In this document: one piece after another, positions 1-13,661 of the stretch
How positions within the stretch are numbered: the stretch's first letter is position 1
Layout: each line of letters begins with the position of its first letter
From: the human T2T-CHM13v2.0 reference genome, Homo sapiens
Assembly (NCBI RefSeq): GCF_009914755.1
Contig: NC_060933.1
DNA length: 64,000 nt
Strand: one strand, 5' to 3'
Position numbers and translations under genes: made by a program
The notes under the pieces: generated by a model
Databases searched by the model: none
What the model was told of the DNA's origin: nothing
Seen by the model: the letters and a program-made list of their open reading frames with translations, nothing else

Positions 1-2349
1 AGTCTTTGAAAAATGCTTTTCTGGGGGCTAATGTAAGAAATACACAGAAAAATGACGATGAGTTCGAGCAGAAAATACATCCCAGACAATGTTTCACTCT
101 CTTATTTGGGGGGCCTCATGTATTATGATCTACTATAGCCATGCAAGTCCCCTATCTCAAGTCTACCTTGACTGAAAAAAAGAGAGAAAGAAAAGAGAGA
201 GAAGAAGATGGGGGAGGGGACAGGGAGAGAGGAAAAGTAGACATAACAGATCACTCAGTTGCCACCAACAAATGAAAAAACTTCCTAGATACCAACAGGA
301 CCACAATGGTAGGTTTCTAAAACAATTGTTCATGCATCACTAGCTAGTTAGCCACATCTTTAAAATCTAAGGCTATCGGCAACAAATGCCAAGTTTGTAA
401 ACAATCAGAATCACTAGTGACTTCCCTAAGAAAGAAGTGTATGCAAACATCAGACAAATCAAGAAGAGCTTCAGATCATCAGGCCTAGATGTGGCCTAAC
501 CATGCATGGTCACTCATTCTCCTAGCAAAGTATTGGCCCACATTTTGTTTTACACTTCCGTCAGCATTACATACAGGTATCATGAAGAAATCAAATAAAT
601 GTATCTTTATTTGCATTTGTCCCATCTGTATGAATTTAGCAAAAGCTTCCAGAAACCCACACAGATCCTTATCTCATTTTCTACTTTTCACAGCCCTTCA
701 AGATTTCATACACCAGCACTTGAAGTAAGTCACTCAAAAGAAACAGATAGTAGACTAAGACTCAGCCTTGAGAGTTTTCTCATGACTCTTCATTATAGTC
801 ACAGAGGATTTCATTCCTGTACAAGTCCCCCTCATCTTCCACTGGGCTATTCTGTCAAATTGGGGGAAATACTAGAAAAGGACACAGTAGCTCAAATAAA
901 ACGTATGGGCAACTGGAAGACTCATAAAGCTCCCGTTGCTCTAGAAACTTAAGGGTTGGGGTGGGGGGACTAGGAGATCATTCTACTTCAGGAATTAAAT
1001 TTACTAAGCTCCACTATGAATTTAACATATTACTTCTCTTCATCCTGAAAGCTCCTTTAAGAAGGCACCATCAAGAAAATACGGCTCATAGAAATTTTGT
1101 GCTTTTTGTATGGCTAGAGAGTTAATTGGTGCTAGAATTAAGGTTTAAACCCAAAGCTCAGAGCTTTCCACTTTAAATTCAACAAGAAGGATGTATGAGT
1201 GCTGCTCAGGAGATCATATGATTTAATCAGTGCCATCACAGACAATGTCCATTTCAAGTAAATCTGAACTGATTCTTATCAAATGGAGACTGGCCAGTGA
1301 GCTGTGGACTCATTTCTGCTCCTCCTGGGGGAATGCAAAAGCCTCTTCATGTCCCACAGGCGCAAATCCTATTCCGGCAGTCACTGCATTCCATCCTGGA
1401 ATCTGGTAAGCCATATATTTTTATTTTGCAAGAGTAAAGGGAGGAATATTTTCATTTTAACTCTGAGCACAAAACATCAAGCTTTGTCCTTGGATCTAAG
1501 GTGTTTATTTTCATTGCCGTTCAAATAGTTAGAGCTTTGGCATGGGATTCAAAATCCCTGTATTCCACTTCCAGCTTTGCCTCTGCCTGAGGCCTCCCCA
1601 TCACGGTAACTTTAAAACCAAGGATAATAGTCTCTGAAACTATCTCTCTAATAGGGAGGTTAGGAGGCTTGCCAGGACAGTGTTTGTAGAGTGGTCCAAG
1701 CACTTTAGAAAACAGACACTATAAATACAACACACTGCTCTGAATCATCTATTTTTTGTATATCCCTGCCAAAGACAGGGGGATCCTGACCAATCATACA
1801 TGTGATCCTTCTTTCCTGAAAAAGAATCACATATTGGTGACATAATGCAGCGACACCTTCCTTATGTCATGGTGTTGATAATCCAATCTTTACTTGGTAT
1901 CAAATAATCCCCCCTTTATGTCAATTTTCTGGGTGATCTGAATATTTTTGTAGTTTATATAATACAACTTTCCATCATTTGTTTAGAGCTCACCGATTAG
2001 AGTGCTGGTTTTCTGAGAGATCTCCTATCTCAATATATACCAATAAATCAATTTTTTTTGCTATTTGAAGGATTACCTAAATTAATTTATATCTAGATTC
2101 ATTGATCTTTCTGCTCCAGAAATTTCCTAAAAACCTGTGAGGTCAGATAATACCTATTTCAAAGGCTGTTTTAAATGTTTTATTTTATGCGATAAGGTGC
2201 AATCCTAGATACTCTAATCATTTAAACAAATATATCAAGTAATCATTCATTCTGTGCCAGAGCTTGGAAAGTATTGGAAGAGTTGATAAAATAGGGAAAT
2301 ATAAAGGTGATAAAAATGACAGTGTCATATATAGAATAAACCATTACTT

Positions 2350-2638
2350 GGCCGGGTGCAGTGGCTCATGCCTGTAATCCCAGCATTTTGGGAGGCCGAG
2401 GTGAGTGGTTCACTTGAGGTCAGGAGTTTGAGACCAGCCTGGCCAACACTGGTAAAACCCCATCTCCACTAAAAATACAAAAATTAGCTAGGTGTGCTGG
2501 CAGACACCTGTAATTTAGGAGGCTGAGGCAGGAGAATCACCCGAATCCAGGAGATGGGGGTTGCAGTGAGCCGAGATCATGTCACTGCACTCCAGCCTGG
2601 GAGACAGAGTGAGACTCCACCTCAAAAAAAAAAAAAAA
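2350..2638 (+). mobile_element. Alu (AluS-like), full length with a small internal deletion
   Basis: ggccgggtgcagtggctca start, poly-A tail, perfect 17-bp TSD agaataaaccattactt at 2333-2349 and 2639-2655. Confidence 0.97.
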
Positions 2639-2704
2639 AGAATAAACCATTACTTTAAAAAATGCACACATGAAAATACACATCTTCACAATGTAGTAAT
2701 GTTA

Positions 2705-2895
2705 ATATTAATAAGAGTACTATGGGCTGGTTATTGCACTACATACTTTTAAAATATTCTTTGATTTAACCTTTATAGATGAAGAAACTGATGTTCAAGT
2801 ATGTTCTCTCTGCTGGCTAACAGAGCTACCAAAAAGTGAAACCAAGATTCACAACCAAGTCTGTCCAACTCTGAAGTACAAAGTCTTTGTTACTG
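2705..2895 (-). mobile_element. MIR fragment
   Basis: Core tttatagatgaagaaactga and caagattcacaaccaagtctgtc. Confidence 0.65.
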
Positions 2896-3147
2896 CATAC
2901 TCCTGCCTCTTATTTATATCCAAGTACATTCATATGTACATACATATATACGTGTGTATGTGTATGTATTATTTATTGATAATTAAATAGTAGCTGCTCT
3001 TTTTCTCTACTGGTTAGAAAGGGATTCTTCTCTAAGAGGTACAGTGAAATCCAGGATTTAAGGCTACTTTATAGAAACAAAGTTCTAAAATCATCAGGTT
3101 GGCAGTAGTCTGTAACAGTCTGTATCATCATCTTTTTCACTATCATA

Positions 3148-3362
3148 TTAATAGTTAGCATTGCCTGGATACTTAGCAAGTGGTACTACTAAGTGCTTTC
3201 TGTGAATCATTCTACTTTGTCTTCACATCAAAGCCATGAGTACTATTATTATCCCTGTTTTACAGGTGAGTGAACTGAGGTGAATAAAGACACGGGCCTA
3301 ATTTTTTCACACATCTAGTAAGACCTGAAGCCAGGATGCAAGCCCATGAATCTGCCTTCACT
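3148..3362 (-). mobile_element. MIR
   Basis: tattattatccctgttttacaggtgagtgaactgagg core; gccaggatgcaagccc. Confidence 0.75.
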
Positions 3363-3559
3363 GCATGACTCTGCTGCATTAAGCTTTTCTGGTCCAACTC
3401 TATAAAAAGAAGGCATAATTATAGCTATTCCACCACACATGAGTGGAGCACAGACCTGTACTCATTTTCCCTGAGAGTACCTGCCAAGCCCATACATCCT
3501 GGCTCCTCCTCTCAGTCACATGGCCTCATTTACAAATCAGTTCTGGTCAGTGATGGGAG

Positions 3560-3850
3560 AATAAGCACCCTACTACACTTCTGAGCCACATCCATGAAAA
3601 TATCCCACAGAGAACCTTCATCTTCTCTCAGGGTTGCCACCTGGATGAGGAATCTACGATCCGAGAAAATGGCAGAGCCATAAAACAGCAATAGCCCTAA
3701 ATTACCTCTTGTCAAATCACTTATGGAAGGAAAGCATTCACCACTAGACTAGGCTTGCAGAGAAAAGAGAAACTTCTGCTGTGTTATGCCACTAGTAGTA
3801 TTTCAGGATGTACTTACTAAAACAACTGCAATTTATCTTATTGATACTAA
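3560..3850 (+). mobile_element. Degenerate MaLR (MLT1-like) LTR fragment
   Basis: 3' end aaaagagaaacttctgctgtgttatgccact...atttcaggatgtacttact resembles old MLT1 LTR ends. Confidence 0.4.
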
Positions 3851-5261
3851 CGCCTAAAATGCATTCCCTATTTTTTTAAACATTTGGCATTGGTAGAGAA
3901 ACATGTTTAGCAACTGATATTTCTCTGTTATAATTACTCAGAGTTAACTTTACACATAGATATAAGTGAAAAAATGCCAATTTATTGAGAAGGAGTTCAC
4001 AACATACATTTCATCTATATTATTTCATCTTTTTAGACACTCAAAGGTAGAGACATGAAGGTTATCTTAATTTTAGAGAGGTATGGGGAGTTATCTTAAT
4101 TGTAAAGATTAAGAAACTATGACTAAGAATGGCAAAGTCTTCCAGATTTAACCCAATCTTGTCTCAATATCCAGAGCCCTTTTGCCATCCAACTTGAAAT
4201 GCTTTTATAAACCCAGGAAAGACTACTTCATCTCTCTTCCAATCCCTGCACATGGTATAGCTGAAATCTTACTAACTAGGTACAAAACCTTTGTTTTTAT
4301 GCTCAACTACAAAAGGTATGTATCCCTGGAAAGGCCAAGTCAAAGACCGGAATTTACAATAAAGCATTAAGGATAAATACCAGATCTGGTTTTAGTCACA
4401 GAAATGAGAGCGAATAGAAGTAAAGATAACAAAATGGAGTATCAGGAAATAGGCAAGAAAAGGAACACGAAAGAGGAATCCATTTCACCCAATTTTACCT
4501 AAGGTCAGACATTTGGTGTGCCACTGAATATACGAGATCTTAAGTTAGTCTGTCAGTTCCAGACTCAGGCCTCTTCTCTTCCCCCAAATCATGCCACACT
4601 GCATCTACAGACTCTCACATATTACATTCTGGAAAGACAGGCTGGTAGCCTTAAAAACAAAAAACAAACATCCAAATATTGCCCATAGAGTCAAAGACCT
4701 GAATTCAAATCAAACTTCAAAACATCCTCCTTCCAATATTTAATACACCCTTTTATGTATAAGCCTGGGTGCTGGTGCTGGGAAGCGAGTTACAGTGATG
4801 AATAAGAGACATGTGTTATCTTCAGGAAGCTTACAGTGTATCAACTGTGCCAATTAACACTTCTGTGATCAGGGGAAAGTCACTTATTTGAGCCTCAACT
4901 ATACCAAATGTTAATTCATTGGCAACATCTATAAGAGGATGGTGTAAGAGGAGGAAAAGAGGTAACTTACATGAACTTGCTCCGCAAAGAGCTGTTTAAA
5001 TACAAGTGTTTGCTTAATATGGATGTTTTCTACCACATGGATACCATAAAACACTTACTCTACACAGATCACTAGCTAGAAGGCATGGGAGCCTTTACTT
5101 TTCTTCTTATTGCCCTCAACAGCCCAGCTGCTGCTATAGCAGTCAGTCCTTAGGAAGCCTGGAGAAAAAACTAAGGGCCTTTTGACAAACTGAAGTTACT
5201 GGTTATTCCATGAGTTCCATGGTGAAACATCAAGCTATACCAAGCTAAACAGGTTTCCCTA

Positions 5262-5620
5262 GCCATTCACTTAACAAATACTTATTCAGTGCTCTGCATT
5301 TGTGTTGTTCCCTAGTGAGGAGGCCAGAAAAATAAACATTTTAACAGTTGACTTAATTGACTGATTTTAAATTGTGATAGGAGTTTGAAGGAAACAGAGT
5401 CCTAAGATATAGCTACACTACAAAAGACCTACATTGGCTAAGATGGTCCTCTGTAAGAAAGTGAGACTTTGGCTGATGCCTAGAAGAGAAGAAATTACCC
5501 ACGCAGAGACACAAGTAAGGTATTCCAGGCAGAAGAAACCTTACATGCAAATAGCTCATGTGGGAGAAGAACTGAGTGTGTTCAGAACTAAGTACTTCAA
5601 ATGAGCTTGAAGGGAAGAGG
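5262..5620 (-). mobile_element. L2 3' fragment
   Basis: cattcacttaacaaatacttattcagtgc L2 terminus and tattccaggcagaagaaac motif. Confidence 0.6.
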
Positions 5621-6073
5621 TTATGAAGTGGGAAGGGTTGGAGAAAGCTACTTCCCTACTCTTACAGGCTCGTACCCTAGACCTCCTCAGAGCCTGTGTT
5701 ATACTAATGAGTATCATGAAGGTTAAGAGAAAGATCCAGTATGTAGTTACTCCCAAATCTAAAGCTGGACCTCTAAAAGACGGATGGCCCCATTCGTCTT
5801 TGAGAAATGCTCTTCTAATGTACCAATTGTGCTGGTAAGACACAGAAGAGTTGAGAGGGGCATCAATACCACTCTTCTTATAAGGCTGTTGACATCTCAG
5901 CTAAATATTCAGAGTGTCTCAACTGCTTCTCTGAATTCTGGCAGGACCCACCTGCAAATGAGAAGATTTCCACAGACAGGCTGGTGGATGAGCCCAGGCA
6001 AGTCAGTTATACGTTCAAACTGAAAGAGACTATAAAAACTTGATTTTTAAATGACTAAATTCAACAATGATAA

Positions 6074-6579
<506 letters not shown>

Positions 6580-7970
6580 TAATTGCATATTCCCATTTTT
6601 GTGGTTTTCTGGAAAATGCTTAAAAGCTAACTTTCTGTACTTTCTGAATAAATACTTTAATAAGTACACAGGAGAATATTGGGTTCTTAATATATTACCT
6701 GACTTCTTAAGTAGTTGTAGTCCAAGTTATGTTATGCATTTTATACCCAACTGGCTAGCTTGTGAATTATATAGACACTCACATAGGTGAAAATTAACTT
6801 TATAAAAAAAGTACAGGATCCTTGACCGATGTGCCAGCCTTTTAAATGTATCTGTAGCATCACTATCATCTCCCTTTTTCTAATAATAACCTCTTAAACC
6901 ACATACTTTTGAAAGTTCTGCTCCCCTCTTCCCCCTACATCCAAAAATTCAAAATCAGATCAGACAACTGTCATTCTTCCACATTTAAAGGTATCTCAGA
7001 AGGCAGGAGTAGCTGTGTACACATAAAGGATGCAGGCTTTGTCCCACAGAGAGTTAAATTAATATCCTGGCTTGACTAGTTCAACTTACCGTACATCTTC
7101 ATTTGCCCAGGAACACAATCTGTAGCCAACTGCTAACCAAGTCAATATGTGGTAAGACTAACAGCCACCCTAACCTGCCTTGATAATTATTCTCCTTTAA
7201 CTGACATAATATTCAATATACTGTTGTTGAGAGCAATAATGCTAAAATTGATGCCTTGAGGGCTACAAGACAATTGAGTTTTAGCCAGATAAAATGACTT
7301 GTACACTAATAGAGCATTATGGGGTTCCACAGCCTTCGGACACACATTTTATAGCCTACTTTTACAAAAACGCCATATACAATTATATTCAAAGTAATTT
7401 GTGCACACCTTATCATTACCACATACAATCTTTAAAATATTGGCCAATTATCAAGTAACATTACTTTAGAAGAAAGGGTTTACTTTTACAGTCTCTCTCT
7501 TTTTTCTTTACAAAACAAAGCATTTTCTCACTACAAAAGTGGTAACAGTTTTGGTGTTCTGGGACCATTTGCTTTTTTTTCCAAACCGAGAACTGTTTTA
7601 ACAAAGAACAAGTAGATTATAAATGCTGAATGACAAAAACCATCATTTAAATAAAATCTATATTACATCAATTCTACCAATAAAACAAGACAGAAACTAA
7701 ACCTAGAACTCCTCTAATGTAAAAATCATCTATCGTTTTCTCAAAATGTCAATTTTAGACTGAATGGAGAAATATTATATTAAATTTGAGACTGTCAAAA
7801 TCTATATTAAAATAATAAAAATTAATTATAATTTAAGTATTACAATAAATGAAAATGCTCTCTATAAGCAGTATTTCACCCTAAAATAAGAGATTTATAA
7901 ATTTTAGTTCCTGGTTTTACTGAATTTTCCTCTCAAATTTCATTTCTCTTGCAATTTTGTTTCTTTAAAT

Positions 7971-8180
7971 CAAGCTTGTCCAACCCACAGCCCACGGGCT
8001 GCATGTGGCCCATGAAGGCTCTGAATGCGGCCCAACACAAATTTGTAAACTTTCTTAAAACATTATGAGAGTTTTTTTTTAAGCTCATCAGCTATTGTTA
8101 GTGTTAGTATATTTTATGTGTGGCCCAAAACAATTCTTCTTCCAATGTGGCCCAGGAAGCCAAAAGATTTGACACCCCTG
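7971..8180. mobile_element. MER30 hAT-Charlie MITE
   Basis: caagcttgtccaaccc...tgaatgcggcccaacacaaatttgtaaactttcttaaaac...gccaaaagatttgacacccctg; clearly homologous to 17005-17204. Confidence 0.85.
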
Positions 8181-10343
8181 CTAAATACTGGGCCCTCCCA
8201 TACAAAGAAATACAGAGTACATTTACATTTTTTATACCTGCATTAGAGATATGTTCACAAGTTGGGGAAAAACTAACATCTAAATAATTATTTCAAGTAA
8301 AATAAAAAACAGGCACTGGCCAAGGCAGAACAATAGGACCATAACACAGAAACATTATCAGGCTTTATGTTTACTCCTATCAAAGTGCTACCTGAGCTTT
8401 GTTAAAATGGCAAACCAACATAGCCCTGCACATACCTATTTGTTTGGACAGAAAGATACAATGTATATGCTTGTGTCTCTGCGTAGGTATACAGGTGTAA
8501 GTATCTTAGGCAACACATACACATGAAACTGAAATACAATATTAATGACAGAAGTATAAGCAGCATAGTGGAGGTAATAAAGATGGTACCAGATTGGGGC
8601 AAAACACTTGTTGGTTTGGAATAAAGAAAGGACTGTTAGCCAAGCTAACAGTTCCATACAAACAACTGTAAGAGGTTTTTCTCTTTGTGTAGGGTAAAAT
8701 CCATTCAAAACAGACATTAATAATCACGCTGTAGAAATGACTGTAGAAAGACGCAGCACTGTATGCATCTTGGGGCCAGTATAAGCAGGGATTGTGAAAC
8801 CAGTTCCTGATTTATTTTTCCTGGCCCCTTCCTCCTAGATCTTGTTCCCCCTCATGCCCCCTGACCGTCCAAGACTTATCTTCCTACTTTAACCCACTGA
8901 AATGTCCCCATCCTGAGGCAAATGAGATAATGCTTGTAAACATTCTGTATAAACTGAAAACGTAATATATAATTGCTACTATTATCACCATCATCTCATC
9001 TTTTGAGGGCCAAATTTTCTGTGTCTTCCCAGTTGAGATTCTCACTAAATTAAGACGTCATTCTATTCTGAGAGCAGACAGGTTATTCCAACTCCCTTCC
9101 CTTTCCCTACTTCTACTTTCTATCCTTCCACTGCTCTCCTGTCCCAGCTAACAGCTGGAGGTACCACACAGGAAAATGACAAGAATCTGTGTGTTCTGAT
9201 GCCAGGTTAAAACGAGAGGTAGACTGAGGCTCCCCACTCCTCACATGCCAAGCTGGCAGCTAATGCCCTTCATGTAACACACAGTAGCTCAGGGAATAAA
9301 CAGTGGAGATATGTCTAGCACTATACAAGGCTGGCACAGCCAAAACCAATTGTTTTTGAAGGGGTCATGTCTCCTGGTATTATCCTCATGGGAAATTTGA
9401 AAAATTGCTTCAGATTCTACCTTCTCAAATTGAGATGTCCTTCGGCGAGAGGGGTATTTCTTCATCATCCAGTGTAGCCTCTTTGGATCCTGGGATCTCC
9501 CAAAATGCTGTTCTCAACATTGACCCCTCAAGGGTTACAGGAAGACAGATAGCCATAAACACATTTCAGAGGCAAAGTATACAGTGCAAATAACACATGA
9601 CACATTGCAAAAATGAGATGAAGAAAGAGAGGGATGGGAGATGGGGGTGCATGAAGGCTGTGGGCCTCCCAGAAAACTCTTAGAGCCCTTACCAGGTCAG
9701 AAGTGCCATTGACACAAAGGAGACACTCAAGGCTGGAAGAACAGGTTCTGCAAAGACGAAATCTAAAATCATGTCTGTGTGTTTCAGAAGGTAGAAATCT
9801 GAAGGCTATCATGTGAGGGTTTACTGGTTATATAAGTTTATATGGATTATAGTTCTACCTTTGAGTTGGCTGAAAAAACAATAAATAGTAAAATGTGTAC
9901 CTTTAGGTACAAAGACAACCAAGAAAAACACCGTACCTGCAAACTGAGTATGAGAAAAAGCCCTAATAAACCCAAATGAAGGGTAATCTCAGATTTTCAC
10001 ACACCCATTACCCGCCTCAAAGAGCCCTCCTTTTTAATAGGGTTATAATAAGACTTGTTGAAGAAGCCAGAAAGCCCATGATGTAGAGAAAGAGTTGAAT
10101 TCAAAAAGGTGCAAACAAAGGTAACGCAAGTCAAGAGGCCAAGTTTTCCTTCTAATACAGCCTGAGGCCCGATGGTGGCCTGCTTTGTCTCTCTCCTTTC
10201 CCCTTCCCTGACAAGCCTGCTGAAACGACCACTTTAACCAGAGGAGGGTGTGCAGCCCTTCCTGCGAGGTTTGTCAAGGACTCTCACCCTTCCCCACCCA
10301 CAGTCGGCCCCGGACACGGGCGGCGTTCAAGTCCTCTCCCTAC

Positions 10344-10579
10344 CTGAAGGATGTATCCTCGGACATAGTCCCGCAGAGTCCAGCCAAGGCCGTGCAGTAT
10401 GTGCAGTACCTCCTCTTGCTTCAGGACGCTGAAGAGACGGTCCAGCAGGATCTTTAGCCGCACAGGCACTGCTTGTGTCCCATAGAGCATCAGGCTGCTG
10501 ATGTCAAACACGACGTTGGACTGCACAATCTCCACTTGGGTGGGGTGGTACAGGTGCTGCGTGCTGAGCTTATCCAAGG
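10344..10579 (-). CDS. BNC2: Basonuclin 2 internal coding exon (exon 5)
   Basis: Minus strand: accaccacag|CC TTG GAT AAG ... CTT CAG|gtaggg; 236 nt, phase 1 to phase 0. G from exon 4 plus CC gives Ala, then [78 protein letters not shown], matching BNC2. Confidence 0.97.
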
Positions 10580-10659
10580 CTGTGGTGGTCCCGCCAAAGT
10601 TCCAGAGATGGGGGTGTTGGGAATAAGATAAAGAGAGAGAACAGGAGTTAGAAATATTG
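10580..10659 (-). promoter_or_regulatory. Extended 3' splice region of exon 5: distal branch point TTCTAAC (A at 10648), pyrimidine tract, AG-free zone
   Basis: No AG on the minus strand between 10659 and 10582; consensus branch heptamer at 10653-10647 followed directly by CTCCTGTTCTCTCTCTTTATCTTATTCCC. Confidence 0.7.
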
Positions 10660-12835
10660 CTGGAAGTTACCAGGGCTCCATTTCTACACATGAATGTTCG
10701 CCATAGGTGTTTAAGCAAGATCTTGCAAAGAAAATAGTTCTCTGACACCTCCTTTCTGTTTTACCCCTTTTCTTTCCTATTTTTTTAATTGGATGTGTTT
10801 ATAAATTGCAGGCAACAACAAATAGAAAACACATTCAACTTTCAGATAAAGAGTCACTGAGGGGGTTTTCAAATGACCGTGGCTGGTGCTAAAAACCTCA
10901 TTGATTTGTTAACTGAACTGTGTTTCAACCCGAGTGACGATGGTGTCCCCTACCCCCCACCAAAAACAAAACAAAACAATTCCTAACTCATGCCATATGG
11001 GCAGGCTCAGTGAATATCACTTTTCTGAATAAGATTCACCCCTTATAATACCTGAATGGTTAAAGAGGAGGAAGAGAGTGTTCTTTAGACGACAGGGGTG
11101 AAAGACCTAATTTGGAGGGAATAAGGAAAGCTGACATCTGTGTGGAGGGCTAGTAATTTAAGTCAAGTCATATTAGCTATAGGGGGTTATCCAAAAACTT
11201 AGTTCTCTCAATTTCTCTCGTTAGTCACCTGTTAGATAGCTTTTGTGTTCATTGGCATGTTTTCTGAAAGTTATTCAGGATAAAAAAGAAAATTAAAGTC
11301 ATAATTTTAAAAAGAAAGAAATAACAAGTCACTTTGTTAATAGCTCTAAGGGTACAGATGAAAATGGAAACAAATGACAAACCAACATTTGAGAATTTCT
11401 GGTGTATTTCAGCTAACTGTATTATCTCAGTAGAAAAAGCTGAGGATGACCATTCTCAGAGTAAACACTTTTAATAAAATGAAAAGTTCAACAATTGGGT
11501 GCTTTTTCTCCTCAAATTTAAGAAACGCCATCTCTTCTCTAGAACTAAAGGCCAAAATAAGGTCATAAATTCCAGTCCCCATCCATATCTGAGTTACTGC
11601 ACACCCTATTGCTGATAATATAATTACATTTTGCCTCAGTTTCTCAAGCAATAACACTGTCTTATCTGTAGGGCTTAAAGAGATGCTGCAAAGATTAGTG
11701 AGATAACGAGTGAGAGGCACTCTAAACTCCTTAAGAGAACACAAAAGGCATTCAAAACTGTCAGAATTATATGCATATGCCCATTTAGGAATTAAACAAG
11801 ATGAACACATAAGCCTGAAGGATGGTCATCTAACCTCATGAGTCAGGCAAATGGGTATCAGCCAACATCTAGGCTCAAGTCATAACTACACCTAAGTTAT
11901 GAACCTAAGGTTTCTGCAAATTCTAAACTACAGTGTGGCCTTTCTCAGCGGCTTTTCCTAACACCTTATCCCTAATGGTACGGGCTACACTACACGTGCA
12001 TTCTCAGCAACTCCTATTTTACTACACCAATATTACTGCATAATCATGGAGGAATTTAAAAGTGCGTGCACACAGATTTTTTAGTATTTCATATGTATTT
12101 TTTCAGGGCTCCTCCTCCACTCTCATTTCCTCCTGACTTGTGGTCACTAGAGAGTTCATGTACTCTTGATAAATTGCTTTCTTACATCCACAGTGTAAAG
12201 GCCCTTATCATTTACCCGCTGGCTTCATTCAACACATTTACTCCCAGGAATACTTTGTCAAAGAGTTCGGGTTTTCTCATACTTCATTTCTTGCAGCTGA
12301 TTTGTCTGATCTTCCCTATTCTAGTGGTTAAGTCAACTTTGAATAAATAGCCTTAAAAATTAATTTAACGTTTGGGAAAGATAAGGGCTTCACAAGCCTA
12401 GGGATTGAAGTTTTCTCTCACTCCACAGGGCATTTAGACTGCAAAAAAGCAGGGATGGGGTATTACTATCCCTGTTCTTCTTCAAGTACAGCTTAACTAC
12501 TCAGCCTTCTGATGAGTGGCTGCTCTGCTAACAGAATCCAGTGACCAGATCGGGGGCGATCTGCTCCTCCTCCATTTCCCTTCATCAGCTCTCCTCAACC
12601 GTTTCAGATAGTTCTTTACAAAACAGACTTCTATGACAACAGCAAATATGAAACTGACAGGAGTCAGTAGAAAGGAAATAAAATGACACAAAATCCTGAT
12701 TTTTGTGTGTGTACTTGGCACCTTGCATGTCTGCATTAAATACATGCAGGTGTGTGTGCAAATGCGTTCAAATTGTAGGTGAAAAAAACCACAATCACTC
12801 TCCCTCCCACTCATTAAAAAAGGTTGGTTGTTTTA

Positions 12836-13136
12836 TTTTGTATTATTTTTTAAGACGGAGTCTCGCTCTGTCGCCCAGGCTGGAGGGCAGTGGCGCGATC
12901 TCGGCTCACTGCAAGCTCCGCCTCCCAGTTTCACGCCATTCTCCTGCCTCAGCCTCCAGACTAGCTGGGACTCAGGCGCCCACCACCACGCCTGACTAAT
13001 TTTTTTTTTTGTATTTTTGGTAGAGACGGGGTTTCACCATGTTAGCCAGGATGGTCTCGATCTCCTGACCTCGTGATCCACCCGCCTCGGCCTCCCAAAG
13101 TGCCGGGATTACAGGCATGAGCCACCACACCCGGCC
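12836..13136 (-). mobile_element. AluY
   Basis: AluY diagnostics gcaagctccgcc, cacgccattctcc, ttagccaggatggtctcgatc; CpG-rich; perfect 16-bp TSD aaggttggttgtttta at 12820-12835 and 13137-13152. Confidence 0.95.
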
Positions 13137-13328
13137 AAGGTTGGTTGTTTTAAAGATGAAGAGCACTAAACTGTTAAGGGTACAGAAGAAAAGAGAATTA
13201 AAAGAGCACAGAAAGAACAAAAATATTTCCCTAGATATGCTTTCGAGAACACCTGAGACTGAGGATATTATAAGGACACTAGTTGATTCTTCTTCATAAG
13301 TGTACCATATGTTAGTAAGTATGAATAC

Positions 13329-13626
13329 AGCTGGGCAAGGTGGCTCACACCTGTAATCCCAGCACTTTGGGAGGCGAGACGGCAGATTGCCTAAGCCAAG
13401 AGTTCAAGACCGGCCTGGGCAATGCGGTGAAACTCCCACCTCTACAAAAAATGGAAAAATTAGCTGGACATGGTGGCGCCCACCTGTGGTCCCAGCTACT
13501 CGGGATGCTGGAGTAGGAGGATTATCTGAGCCCAGGGGAGATCCAGGCTGCAGTGAGCCATGATTGTATCACTGTACTCCAGCCTGGGCAACAGAGTGAG
13601 ACCCTGTCTCAAAAAAAAAGAAAAAA
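13329..13626 (+). mobile_element. Alu (AluJ-like)
   Basis: Dimeric Alu with gagcccagg...aggctgcagtgagccatgatt right arm and A tail. Confidence 0.95.
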
Positions 13627-13661
13627 GTAGAAAAACTGTTATAAACCACATAAATATAGAG

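Noticed and set aside
10284-10748. 154-aa ORF as a stand-alone gene
   Set aside because: Only 10344-10579 matches BNC2 and is bounded by splice sites; the flanks are intronic read-through from a non-ATG start. The upstream CAG at 10662-10660 would add 80 nt, out of frame.
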